Assembly: GCA_030432565.1 (NCBI GenBank)
Contig: JAUIGV010000002.1
Location: 222,082 to 286,081, forward strand
Direction: 5' to 3'
Length of the DNA: 64,000 nucleotides
Source of the DNA: Verrucomicrobiia bacterium
GTDB taxonomy: Bacteria > Verrucomicrobiota > Verrucomicrobiia > Verrucomicrobiales > Akkermansiaceae
The notes beneath the pieces are model-generated. The model was given only the letters and a program-made list of their open reading frames with translations, was not told where the DNA came from and ran no database searches. Made by a program: the position numbers and the translations under genes. Shown here piece by piece: positions 46,943 to 55,615 of this stretch (positions are counted from its first letter, which is position 1; every line of letters begins with the position of its first letter).

Positions 46943-48529
46943 TCAGCTCACGGTTTTCTCCAGAATTCCGGTGGCAAAGTCGACGCGCCCGCGCTTGGTC
47001 CCATAGTTCTTGTCAATGAGATTGGCGGTGATGCGGGCGCTTTCGTAAATGGTGGGAAGTCCGCTGCCGGGGTGGGTTCCGCCGCCGACAAGGTAGAGGT
47101 TGTCAAAGCCCTTGAGCTTATTTTGCGGGCGGAAGTGGAGCATCTGGTTCAAGGTGTGGGCGAGATTGAAGGTGGCGCCGATGAAGATGTTCGCGTCTTC
47201 CCAGCTCTTTGGGGTGAGGACCTTTTTTTCTACGATGTGATCGCGGAGGTCCTTCATGTTGGTCTTCTCGATCATGCGATCGATGATCTGCTCGGCGTAA
47301 GCCTCTTTTTCGGCTTCCCAGTCGTGACCGTGGCGGGTGTTGACGGCCGGGACGAGGAGGTAGAGTTGGGAGTGTCCGGGAGGGGCGACGGTAGGGTCGG
47401 TGATGCTCGAGTTCCGGATGTAGATCGACATGTCCTTCGAAATCGTCCTGCCCTCGAGGACCTCTTGCAGGTTGCGATGGTAATCGTCCGCGAAGATGAT
47501 GTGGTGGTGGGGTTGGTCCTCGTAGAGTTTATCGACTCCGAGATAGAGCATGAAGGTGGAGCAGGAGTATTTTTTCTTGAGGAGTTCTTCGCGGGACTTC
47601 TTCTTCTCACCGAAGATCGTGCTGCGCGCGTGGGCGTAGTCGGCGTTGACAATGAGTTGGTCGCACGAGAGAACCTGGCCGTTGATGAGCTCCACTTTGG
47701 CCGCTGTTTTGCCAACATACTTGATTTCCCTGACCTCGGAATTGAAGCGGATTTCGCCGCCCTCCTCTTCCACCACCCGGGCCATGCTTTCAGAGATTTC
47801 CGAGAGGCCGCCCTGGGTGTGGTAGATCCCGTGTTCGTATTCGATGTAGGAAAGAATGCTGAAGAGCCCGGGGCATTTCCAGGGGGACATTCCGAGGTAT
47901 TTCGCCTGGAAGGTGAAGGCGAGTTTGAGGCGGTCGTCGTTGAAGTATCCGCCCAGCACGTCCATGACCGACCTGCTGGTGGCGACATGGGGGAGGGCTT
48001 TGAAAAGAGTCGGGCTGAGGTAGGAGGAGAGATTGTGGTATGACTTTTGCAGGCAGGGAAAGATGGTGCGCAATTTCTTGGCGTGATCTTCCATGAACCG
48101 ATGGAAATTGTCTTCTTCCCCGGGAAAGACCGCGCGGATGTTGGCAGCCATTTGTTGGCGATCACAGCTCGTTTCCAGGGAGACGTCGCCCCAGGTGAGG
48201 CGGGTCATGGGGTCAAGTTTGACGAAATCGAGGTAGTCCTCACTCCTGCGGCCGACTTCGGCGAATATTTCATCGAGGGTGAATTTCTGGTGAAGGAAGG
48301 TGGGGCCGGTGTCTAAGGAATACGGGCCAAGGTCGATGCGGGCATTTCTTCCACCGACGCGTCCTTCTTTCTCCAGAATGGTGACCTTGTAACCGCGATG
48401 TGCAAGAAGCATGGCTGCGGTGAGTCCTCCGGGTCCTGCTCCGATGATAATGATGTCCTTCTTCAAAAGCGGATTATTGATTTTTGCGAACCCTAAGTTC
48501 GAAAAGGGGGAGCACAAGCGGGAATTCAA
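46943..48529 (-). CDS. crtN: CrtN/CrtI-type carotenoid desaturase (4,4'-diapophytoene or squalene desaturase)
   Basis: 528 aa. IIIIGAGPGGLTAA, YSCSTFMLYLGVD, HHHIIFADDY, SIYIRNSSITDPTVAPPGHSQLYLLVP, LYLVGGGTHPGSGLPTI. The start may be slightly downstream of 48529. Confidence 0.82.
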   Translation of the reverse strand: MNSRLCSPFSNLGFAKINNPLLKKDIIIIGAGPGGLTAAMLLAHRGYKVTILEKEGRVGGRNARIDLGPYSLDTGPTFLHQKFTLDEIFAEVGRRSEDYLDFVKLDPMTRLTWGDVSLETSCDRQQMAANIRAVFPGEEDNFHRFMEDHAKKLRTIFPCLQKSYHNLSSYLSPTLFKALPHVATSRSVMDVLGGYFNDDRLKLAFTFQAKYLGMSPWKCPGLFSILSYIEYEHGIYHTQGGLSEISESMARVVEEEGGEIRFNSEVREIKYVGKTAAKVELINGQVLSCDQLIVNADYAHARSTIFGEKKKSREELLKKKYSCSTFMLYLGVDKLYEDQPHHHIIFADDYHRNLQEVLEGRTISKDMSIYIRNSSITDPTVAPPGHSQLYLLVPAVNTRHGHDWEAEKEAYAEQIIDRMIEKTNMKDLRDHIVEKKVLTPKSWEDANIFIGATFNLAHTLNQMLHFRPQNKLKGFDNLYLVGGGTHPGSGLPTIYESARITANLIDKNYGTKRGRVDFATGILEKTVS

Positions 48530-48573
48530 GAGCGAGATTAGACAAGAGCAGTTGCTGGCTTCGTTCCTCCGTT

Positions 48574-49089
48574 ATGGAAGGGAAATATGTCCTTTGCGGA
48601 TTGGCCATGGCTTCAGTCATCGGAGGGACCATTTATTTCTCCGACCGTGTTGATTCGTCAGAAAGGCGAGGAGATGCTGCTTCGCCGCCGTCGGTGACAG
48701 TTTCCACTCGAAGGACATCGGCAGAAATTAGAAATCCCTCGAGGGAGGAGATTATTTCCCGGATTCCTGAACAGTTTCCGGTGATTGGGTCTCCTTTTCT
48801 TACAGAGGAATTGAGGAATCAGATGGATGTTTTTCGCCAGCTGGGTGCGGTGGACGGGGAGAAGGCGCTGGATTATCTGATGGCGAAAAGCGGAGGAGCG
48901 AATTCGCAAACAGCAATGGGTCTCCCTCATGCGATGGGCTTTGCCTTCTCGGGTTGGATGGAAAGTGATCTTGAAGGGGCTTTGGCGGCCTTTAAAGGAT
49001 TCTTGATTGGCGGGGGTGGAACGTTTGCACATCCAGGGACCAATATGTTCAAGTGGAAGGGCAAGGAGTTTTACTCGGGGATGTTTTGA
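48574..49089 (+). CDS. Hypothetical membrane-anchored protein (upstream part of a possible split gene)
   Basis: The ATG at 48574 gives MEGKYVLCGLAMASVIGGTIYF (TM segment). The helical region carries 'W..sD.egAl..f' type repeats. It ends at TGA 49087-49089, in the same frame as the next ORF. Confidence 0.5.
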   Translation: MEGKYVLCGLAMASVIGGTIYFSDRVDSSERRGDAASPPSVTVSTRRTSAEIRNPSREEIISRIPEQFPVIGSPFLTEELRNQMDVFRQLGAVDGEKALDYLMAKSGGANSQTAMGLPHAMGFAFSGWMESDLEGALAAFKGFLIGGGGTFAHPGTNMFKWKGKEFYSGMF

Positions 49090-49113
49090 GGCGGGATCTT
49101 TGCACCACAGGTT

Positions 49114-49818
49114 GTGGTGAATGAAGTCGCCCGGAAAGCGGCCGAGTTGGACCCGGAAGCCGCCCGGAAGTTTATTGAGGAGAATAACTTTCAGAGTATG
49201 CCTCTTTCGAGCGTTTTACCCGCATACGTAGAAGGCGTGATCAAGCACTCGGGGGAGGCGGTGGATTGGTTGGGGATCGCTGATGATCTCAAAAGCTTGT
49301 CGCCATCAGAAGGAATCCTTTGGAAGCCGAATCAGATGCCTGGGAGGCGGATTCTGGTGAGCGAGTGGGCGAAGGTTGATCCCGGGGCCGCTTTGGAATG
49401 GTATGTGAGCGATGCTGAGATTGAATTGAATCAGCCGGAGGGGGCTGTTGTGGTTGGCCGGATTTTGGGAGGGATACCGCCCGAAAACCAGCCGCAAGCG
49501 GTGAGATGGATGGAGCAAGTGAGAGACCAGGGGGGCTGGGATGATCAGTTGGTGGCGAGTTATGGGAAAACCCTGGCTATCCGCGCGACTTCGCTGGGAC
49601 CGGATGTTGAGCGGGTGGTGAAATGGATGTCCGATGAAAATGGTCGCTACGAATTTGTTGCCGGGTTGATCCAGCCCCCGGCCAGATTGCCGATTCAGGA
49701 CCTGGAGAATCCTATTTTCCAGTTTGACCGATCCGAGCTCATCAATTTGGTGCACGCGGCGGATTTGCCAGCAGAGAAAAGGTCGGACTTGCTTCAGCGG
49801 ATTGCATCGCGGAAATAG
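49114..49818 (+). CDS. Hypothetical helical-repeat protein (downstream part of a possible split gene)
   Basis: 234 aa from a GTG start. Repeats such as AAELDPEAARKFI and WAKVDPGAALEWY. It is in the same frame as 48574..49089, with no stop between 49090 and 49113. Confidence 0.5.
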   Translation: MVNEVARKAAELDPEAARKFIEENNFQSMPLSSVLPAYVEGVIKHSGEAVDWLGIADDLKSLSPSEGILWKPNQMPGRRILVSEWAKVDPGAALEWYVSDAEIELNQPEGAVVVGRILGGIPPENQPQAVRWMEQVRDQGGWDDQLVASYGKTLAIRATSLGPDVERVVKWMSDENGRYEFVAGLIQPPARLPIQDLENPIFQFDRSELINLVHAADLPAEKRSDLLQRIASRK

Positions 49819-49842
49819 AGCTGGTGAATCTCTCCTTTTTCC

Positions 49843-50454
49843 ATGCCTGATCTTGAATTTGAAAAACGTTTTGCCGATCTCGGGATTGTGATCGGGGTTG
49901 ATGAAGCGGGGCGGGGGCCGCTTGCAGGACCGGTTTCGGTGGGTGCGGCCATCATTCCGGACGGCTTTAGTCACCCGGTGATCAATGATTCCAAGAAGCT
50001 GACGGAGAAGAAGCGCGAGGCTTTGTATGATGAACTGGTCGAGAACCCCGAGATTCAATGGGCGGTGAGTTTGGTGGAGGCCGATGAAGTGGATGAAGTG
50101 AATGTTCTCAAGGCGACGCATTTGGGGATGGCGCGCGCGGTGAAGGCTCTCGGGGTGGAAGTTGGGATGTGCCTCATCGATGGTTTGACGGTTCCGAATT
50201 TTCCCTACCCTCACGAAGCGATCGTAAAGGGAGATTCAAGGAGTCTTTCGATTGCCACCGCCAGTATTTTTGCCAAAGTGACCCGCGATCGCATCATGAG
50301 GGAAGCGGCGGTTCGCTATCCCGGTTACGGATTCGAAAACCACAAAGGATATGGCACCAAAGCTCATCTCGAAGCCCTCCGGACTCTGGGTCCGTGCGAG
50401 ATCCACCGTCGCTCGTTCCAGCCGGTTGCTCAACTCTCCCTGCCACTTGAGTGA
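49843..50454 (+). CDS. rnhB: Ribonuclease HII
   Basis: 203 aa. IGVDEAGRGPLAGPV, DSKKLTEKKRE, and ASIFAKVTRD. Confidence 0.93.
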   Translation: MPDLEFEKRFADLGIVIGVDEAGRGPLAGPVSVGAAIIPDGFSHPVINDSKKLTEKKREALYDELVENPEIQWAVSLVEADEVDEVNVLKATHLGMARAVKALGVEVGMCLIDGLTVPNFPYPHEAIVKGDSRSLSIATASIFAKVTRDRIMREAAVRYPGYGFENHKGYGTKAHLEALRTLGPCEIHRRSFQPVAQLSLPLE

Positions 50455-50854
50455 TCTTAGTCCCCACCAAATCGGGGAGTTGGGAGAGAAAATCGCGGCA
50501 AAATACCTCCAGTCACTCGGGTGGAAGCTGCTCTATCGCAATTTCCGCGCGCCCAAGGGAGGAGAGGTGGATCTTGTGCTTCGAGGAGGCGATCATCTCA
50601 ATCTCCTTGTTTTTGCCGAGGTGAAGACACGAACCCGACGTGACTACGGTCGCCCGCTGCGTGCTGTGAATGCCGAAAAAAAGGCTTTAATCACCCGCGG
50701 AGCCACGGAATGGCTGCGGCTGCTGGGGAAAGAGGTCCATCCGACCAGGAATCAGGATATCCGACGCCAAATCTCGTGGCGCTATGATGTGGTGGAAGTT
50801 GTGCTTGAGGAGGGTCAAAAACCGGACGTGAATCTGGTTGAGAGTGCTTTTTAG
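50447..50854 (+). CDS. yraN: YraN family (UPF0102) endonuclease-like protein
   Basis: The track ORF 50351..50854 overlaps rnhB. The TTG at 50447 overlaps the rnhB stop and gives about 135 aa. GELGEKIAAKYLQSLGWKLLYRNFRAPKGGEVDLV...FAEVKTR. The rnhB-yraN pair is conserved. Confidence 0.82.
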   Translation: MSDLSPHQIGELGEKIAAKYLQSLGWKLLYRNFRAPKGGEVDLVLRGGDHLNLLVFAEVKTRTRRDYGRPLRAVNAEKKALITRGATEWLRLLGKEVHPTRNQDIRRQISWRYDVVEVVLEEGQKPDVNLVESAF

Positions 50855-51025
50855 TCCAAACGACCGGTTTGGGACTGGTAAATGGTTGTGATTTAGCAGT
50901 TTTCGTCGATTTTGTTGTGCGTTCGCGCCAAGAACCGGGGACAAGCGGGTGTTTTTCTGAAAACAACCGACAACTTTTCGGTCGATTGGCGTTTCTATCA
51001 ATGTAACGTCCACCTCAACGGAATC

Positions 51026-51490
51026 ATGAAAATTCAATCAACAGAAAATAATCGGATCTCTCCGCGGATGGCCCGCGGTTTTAGCCTCTTCGAAATGGTC
51101 ATCGTGATGGGAATCATCGGGCTCATTCTCGGAGGTGCCATTTATAGTATGGGGAGAATTAAAGATTCAGCTGCTGTGAGCACGGCCCGGCAGGATATGA
51201 CCTCTTTCTCATCGGCGCTTGAAGCTTACAAAAATATCGGAGGCAAATACCCGTCGACCAGCCAGGGCCTCGAAGCCCTCCTCAAGCGTCCCACCAGCTC
51301 ACCCCGCCCTCGTGACTGGGTGCAGGCTCTCGATGACGAAGAGGCTCTCTTTGACCCTTGGGATACCAAATACAAATATGAGTATCCCGGTTCCAAAGAT
51401 CCGACCCGCCCGGAGATTATTTCAGCCGGTCGCGACAAGCAGTTCGGAACCGAGGACGACATGAGCAGCCAGAAGGAAGCCCAGGACTAG
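51026..51490 (+). CDS. gspG: Type II secretion major pseudopilin GspG
   Basis: The ATG at 51026 is preferred. Prepilin leader and methylation motif RGFSLFEMVIVMGIIGLILGG. C-terminus DPWDTKYKYEYPGSKDPTRPEIISAGRDKQFGTEDDM (the GspG pattern). Confidence 0.9.
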   Translation: MKIQSTENNRISPRMARGFSLFEMVIVMGIIGLILGGAIYSMGRIKDSAAVSTARQDMTSFSSALEAYKNIGGKYPSTSQGLEALLKRPTSSPRPRDWVQALDDEEALFDPWDTKYKYEYPGSKDPTRPEIISAGRDKQFGTEDDMSSQKEAQD

Positions 51491-51512
51491 GAGGCTTTAG
51501 CCTCCCGACCTT

Positions 51513-52100
51513 ATGAAAATGCCATCCAGAACGATCAATCCGGAACGAAGCCGTGGAGGTTTCTCGCTCCTTGAGTTGATCGTTGTGATGGCGATTACCA
51601 GTATCGTTTTTGGGGCTGCCGCCTTCATGATCTCGATCCCGAATATTGAGAAGGAGATCCGGGAAGCCCATTCTGGAATTGAAAATTTGGCACTCCGGGC
51701 GCGGGCCATGTCCCACAGCTACCAGCAGCCTTTTATCATTGAGCTGCGGGAAGGGGAGGTCCGCTTGATGCCCATGGCCAGTCCCGAGGATGAGATTGTC
51801 CCCGAGCTCTCGGAGCAGGTCGGAGAACCGTCCGCACTGCGACCTCTCGACAGCATGTCCTGGCCGGTGGTCTACAAAATCGATCCCAAATACCGGATGG
51901 CTGTCCGTCGTTGGAACAGCAACGATTTTAAAATTGTCAGTGGCAATGTCGTGGAAACCTGGATCCACCAGCCCAACAGTCCCAGTGAACCTATTGCCAT
52001 TGAGTTGGTGAGTGAGGAGGGGGATGCCTACCTCTCCCGTGAATTTCACCCCCTAACCGCGAAGGCCACCGACTTTGAATTGGCCATCGGAAATCAGTGA
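51513..52100 (+). CDS. Minor pseudopilin (GspH-like)
   Basis: 195 aa. RGGFSLLELIVVMAITSIVFG prepilin-type N-terminus. It sits in the position following gspG. Confidence 0.75.
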   Translation: MKMPSRTINPERSRGGFSLLELIVVMAITSIVFGAAAFMISIPNIEKEIREAHSGIENLALRARAMSHSYQQPFIIELREGEVRLMPMASPEDEIVPELSEQVGEPSALRPLDSMSWPVVYKIDPKYRMAVRRWNSNDFKIVSGNVVETWIHQPNSPSEPIAIELVSEEGDAYLSREFHPLTAKATDFELAIGNQ

Positions 52101-52510
52101 TGAAGGTCTGCAATTCCAGACGGCCGAAAAATGGCTTCATGATGGCCGAGGTGATTCTCGCCTTGGGAATCTTCACGATTGTAGCGACCTCCTACTCCAA
52201 GGCCTTGGCGACTCTCTGGCGCACAACCGCGTATGTGAAGGAAAAGCAAGTGATCTCCCAGATCATGGACAGCGCTCTGAATGAGGCCCTCTATCTGCAG
52301 CGGCTCGAAGAGGGGAGCACCGAGGTTTACATCGAGGAACGCGATATCGATCTGGAGACAATTGTCGTCCCAATCGAGGAGATGGAGACTATTGACGGAA
52401 GTTTCCTCCAGAATATGTGGCAGGTCACGGTGATCGCCCGCTTTGAACAAGACGGCCAGCAGCAGGAACGGACTGTTCGTGGCTGGCGCTACCTTCCTCT
52501 TTATCGTTGA
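52097..52510 (+). CDS. Minor pseudopilin (GspI-like)
   Basis: 137 aa. KNGFMMAEVILALGIFTIVAT. It overlaps the neighbouring genes on both sides by 4 nt. Confidence 0.7.
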   Translation: MMKVCNSRRPKNGFMMAEVILALGIFTIVATSYSKALATLWRTTAYVKEKQVISQIMDSALNEALYLQRLEEGSTEVYIEERDIDLETIVVPIEEMETIDGSFLQNMWQVTVIARFEQDGQQQERTVRGWRYLPLYR

Positions 52511-53379
52511 TGAAAGTGGGATTTTGTCAGCGGCCGGCACGATGCGCGAAGGGATTCTCTCTTTTCGAGCTCGTCATCGCCATTGCCATTGCGGGATTTG
52601 TTCTCACTTCCATTTTCAAAATCGCCGATGGTTCGGTTCGCGCCAATGCCAAAATGGTCGATCTTCAAAATGAGGAGATTGAGCGGGACGCGTTTTTCAC
52701 CTTCCTGAGAAACCACTTCGACAGTCTCCCCGGAGATGCCATTTTTAATCTGAGAAATACGAGCAGCTCGGAACCATACACCTCGGAGCTGACCTTCCAG
52801 AATACTCCGGTTTCCTTTAACTGGGGCGGAATTCCCATTGCAGCCCAGGCCACCCGCTTGATTACGGTTCCCACCGTGACTGGCGGACTGGACATCGTCC
52901 TCGAGTATTATGATGTTCAGATTCTCGATAGTGATGAGGGCCCTGCGGAACGCGGAATTGATCCAATCGCGACGGTGACACTTTTAGACGATGTCCGGCT
53001 CTTCGAATGGTCGGTGCTGGATGTTCGTAATTACGAAAATACCGAACGCGACGAATGGCCTTATGAGTGGGATGCTCCGAATCAGAGGCCATCTTATGTC
53101 GAGCTGACCGTTATTTTTGAAAATGGAGATCGGCGGGTGAAGCGACTTTTCTGGATTCCCAAGAAATCCAACCCGCGGACGACGATGAGCGCTTTGCAGA
53201 ACAATGCCAGAGGTGCCCGTCAAAATGCCGGCGGAGCTGGTGTCGGCGGACAGCCGGGAGGAGGGCCGGGTGGTGGCGGTGGCGGTGCCGGGCCAGGTGG
53301 CAACCGTCAGCCAGGGGCAGGCGCGCGTCCAGGGACAGGCGGGTCAGGAGCACCGGCAGGGAGAGGGGGTACGCGTTGA
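52507..53379 (+). CDS. Minor pseudopilin (GspJ-like) with a Gly-rich C-terminal tail
   Basis: 290 aa. KGFSLFELVIAIAIAGFVLT. The tail reads GGAGVGGQPGGGPGGGGGGAGPGGNRQPGAGARPGTGGSGAPAGRGG. Confidence 0.7.
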   Translation: MMKVGFCQRPARCAKGFSLFELVIAIAIAGFVLTSIFKIADGSVRANAKMVDLQNEEIERDAFFTFLRNHFDSLPGDAIFNLRNTSSSEPYTSELTFQNTPVSFNWGGIPIAAQATRLITVPTVTGGLDIVLEYYDVQILDSDEGPAERGIDPIATVTLLDDVRLFEWSVLDVRNYENTERDEWPYEWDAPNQRPSYVELTVIFENGDRRVKRLFWIPKKSNPRTTMSALQNNARGARQNAGGAGVGGQPGGGPGGGGGGAGPGGNRQPGAGARPGTGGSGAPAGRGGTR

Positions 53380-54308
53380 AGAAGATTTCGAAACATCGCC
53401 ATCTGCAGCGCGGTGCGACCTTGATTGCGGTCTTCTGGATCATCGCGGTGATGGGGCTGGCTCTGGTGGCAACGGTTAAAATCAGTCGCTACCAGTCAGA
53501 GGTTGCTTCATCCCAGATCAACGGAATCGAAGCCCGCCAGTATGCGGAAATGGGCATCAACGTTGCGGCCAATCCCGCCGTCGAAAAGTGGGACTTTAAT
53601 TTGCTCAATCAGACTTTCGAAAACGGAGCGGGGTTCAATGCCAGAATTCTTTCCGAAGGGGGCCGGTTTAATATCAATTACATTCTCTTTTCCGAGGACA
53701 AGGCGCTGATTCGTCTCATCTTTGCGGAATGGGGAATCGACCTGGATACTGCCAGCGAAATTGCCGACGCTTTGATCGATTGGATTGACTCCGATGACAA
53801 TCTCCAACTCAATGGAGCAGAGCGCGAGTATTACGAAGGCCAGGGATTGATCAACCAGCCCTTTAACCGGCCCTTTTACACGCTTGAGGAAATGCGTCTG
53901 GTCCGGGGGATGCCTCTGATTGAGGCTGCCAATCCCAACTGGCGGGACTGGTTTACCGTTTGGAGCAGTGGGGGGCTCGACGTGAATGAGGCTCCGGCCG
54001 AGTTTATCGCAGTCGCCACCGAATCAAATGTTGAGGAAGCAGTGAGCCTGATCCAGATCATTGACGGTGCCGATGGTATCCGCAATACCGAAGACGACCA
54101 GCCGCTCGATGTCCCTTCAGTCCTGGCAAATCTGGGCATTGTCGATCCCACCGGAGCGATTCAGGCCCGGCTCAATGCCAGTGACCAGGTGACGAGAATA
54201 GAAAGCGTTGGCTTTGCCGGCTCGGTTCGGCGTAAGCTCGTCCTCATCATCAACAACCGTTCGCAAAACCCCACTATTCTCGACCGAAAAGAGATCGCTA
54301 TTCAATGA
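53376..54308 (+). CDS. gspK: Type II secretion minor pseudopilin GspK
   Basis: 310 aa with a TTG start that overlaps the previous stop. QRGATLIAVFWIIAVMGLAL. ALIDWIDSDDN...GAEREYY, then helix-hairpin-helix-like LNVNEAPAEFIA style segments typical of GspK. Confidence 0.8.
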   Translation: MKKISKHRHLQRGATLIAVFWIIAVMGLALVATVKISRYQSEVASSQINGIEARQYAEMGINVAANPAVEKWDFNLLNQTFENGAGFNARILSEGGRFNINYILFSEDKALIRLIFAEWGIDLDTASEIADALIDWIDSDDNLQLNGAEREYYEGQGLINQPFNRPFYTLEEMRLVRGMPLIEAANPNWRDWFTVWSSGGLDVNEAPAEFIAVATESNVEEAVSLIQIIDGADGIRNTEDDQPLDVPSVLANLGIVDPTGAIQARLNASDQVTRIESVGFAGSVRRKLVLIINNRSQNPTILDRKEIAIQ

Positions 54309-55606
54309 GTGCTAAAAAAGGAGACCTTAATTTAATGATTCCCGGCGCTGACGGCTGGGAAATCTGGACCGGATCGGCTGTCAACGGATTCCGGCAGCAT
54401 TCCTCGACCGAGCATTTGCTCGCGCTCGATGTCACCGGCATCCCTTCGGGAGGAGTGGCGATGGCCATTCCGGTTCGTCAGGTGTCTGCCGTGCCTTTTC
54501 GTGCGCAGACCGACGACCTTTCACTGCTTGGCGATCTCGCCTCCATGCAGCTTGAGAAAAGCGGAAATCGCCCGGCTCTCGATGGGGGGCAATTGTCCGA
54601 TCACTTTGTTTATGGCACGGCACCGGATGAGACTCATCTCACCGCCGTGGTGATGAATCCGCCGACCGAAGGACAGCTGCCACGCAAGAGTCCGGATCAG
54701 TTCGATATCTCGCCACGTTGTCTTCCGTTGCCCGAGGGGCAGGTGGTCGTTTGGCGCGAACTTGGCCGTTGGGTCTTCGCAATCGGTAAACCCGGTCATG
54801 CCCTTTACTTCCAATGTCTCTCCGGGGAGCGCCTCGACGCCCGGGCAGGCAATGAAATCCGTCTCGCCTTGACTCAACTTCAGCTTCAGGGGCTCTTGAA
54901 AACTGTTCCCGAGAGTGTGGTGGTCTGGTCTCATGGATCAGCCAGCGATGCCCGACCGGAAGAGTTGGAAGCTCTGGCCCGCGGCGTGGGAATCCCGGCA
55001 AGCAATGCGCCGAGACCCAACCCAACCTGGCCGGTCCCTCCCAGCCGCCTGCTCCCTGCGGATGTCCGGGCTGAACGGCTCGCGATCCAAGGGCGCAGGA
55101 ATCGCAATATCATGATCGCGGCGCTGGCCGTGGTTTATCTTGGCGTGATGGGCTACCTTTATTTTGATCTCCAAAAAACCAAGGATGCAGCGGCAGTTGT
55201 TAAGCGCAAGGCAGACTCGGTAAGTGCGGAAGCGAGCTTGCTTGATAACCATCGTGCCCAGTGGGACGAGCTCCAACCGGTGGTTGAGTCGGAATACCAT
55301 CCTCTGGAACTTTTCCTCGCCACGTATCGTGCGCTGCCCAACACCAAGGATAATCGCTACATTCGCTTCAAGAAACTCTCCTTTTTGAATCAATTCCGTG
55401 AGATCGAAGGCGACGTCAAGGTCGCTCGCGAGATCGTTTTGGAAGGCTTCACCGAGATGAGCGATAACCCTCCGACACCGAAATACGCCGAAAATCTGCG
55501 GACAAGTTCCGATCTTAAGGGCTTCGATTGGTCATTTGGTCCAGATATTGAAGACAAAAGAACGGGCAAAATGACTTTTACCTTTGTAGGCAACGCCACC
55601 CAGTAG
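54305..55606 (+). CDS. GspL/PilM-N-like bitopic assembly protein (architecture-based call)
   Basis: 433 aa. A cytoplasmic domain of about 265 aa, one TM segment (IMIAALAVVYLGVMGYLYF), and a periplasmic domain of about 140 aa. An ATGA overlap links it to gspK. No strong sequence motif recognised. Confidence 0.55.
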   Translation: MSAKKGDLNLMIPGADGWEIWTGSAVNGFRQHSSTEHLLALDVTGIPSGGVAMAIPVRQVSAVPFRAQTDDLSLLGDLASMQLEKSGNRPALDGGQLSDHFVYGTAPDETHLTAVVMNPPTEGQLPRKSPDQFDISPRCLPLPEGQVVVWRELGRWVFAIGKPGHALYFQCLSGERLDARAGNEIRLALTQLQLQGLLKTVPESVVVWSHGSASDARPEELEALARGVGIPASNAPRPNPTWPVPPSRLLPADVRAERLAIQGRRNRNIMIAALAVVYLGVMGYLYFDLQKTKDAAAVVKRKADSVSAEASLLDNHRAQWDELQPVVESEYHPLELFLATYRALPNTKDNRYIRFKKLSFLNQFREIEGDVKVAREIVLEGFTEMSDNPPTPKYAENLRTSSDLKGFDWSFGPDIEDKRTGKMTFTFVGNATQ

Positions 55607-55615
55607 ATCGAAGAT

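Noticed and set aside
49087-49089. Genome-wide UGA reassignment (genetic code 4 or 25) as the explanation for the in-frame TGA.
   Set aside because: Several well-recognised genes in the window (for example the dehydrogenase at 21329, the DUF2851 gene, rnhB and the M48 peptidase) terminate at TGA at the expected protein length.
53200-53379. GGN/CCN-rich runs that look like tandem repeats or VNTRs. They also occur at 2150..2235, 41810..41890, 42270..42310 and 57960..58100.
   Set aside because: They are in frame inside confident genes and encode Gly-, Gly/Pro- or Asn-rich low-complexity tails (Ffh, the GspJ-like protein, the EF-hand protein, the secretin). There is no regular repeat unit and no spacer structure, so they are not CRISPR arrays or satellites.
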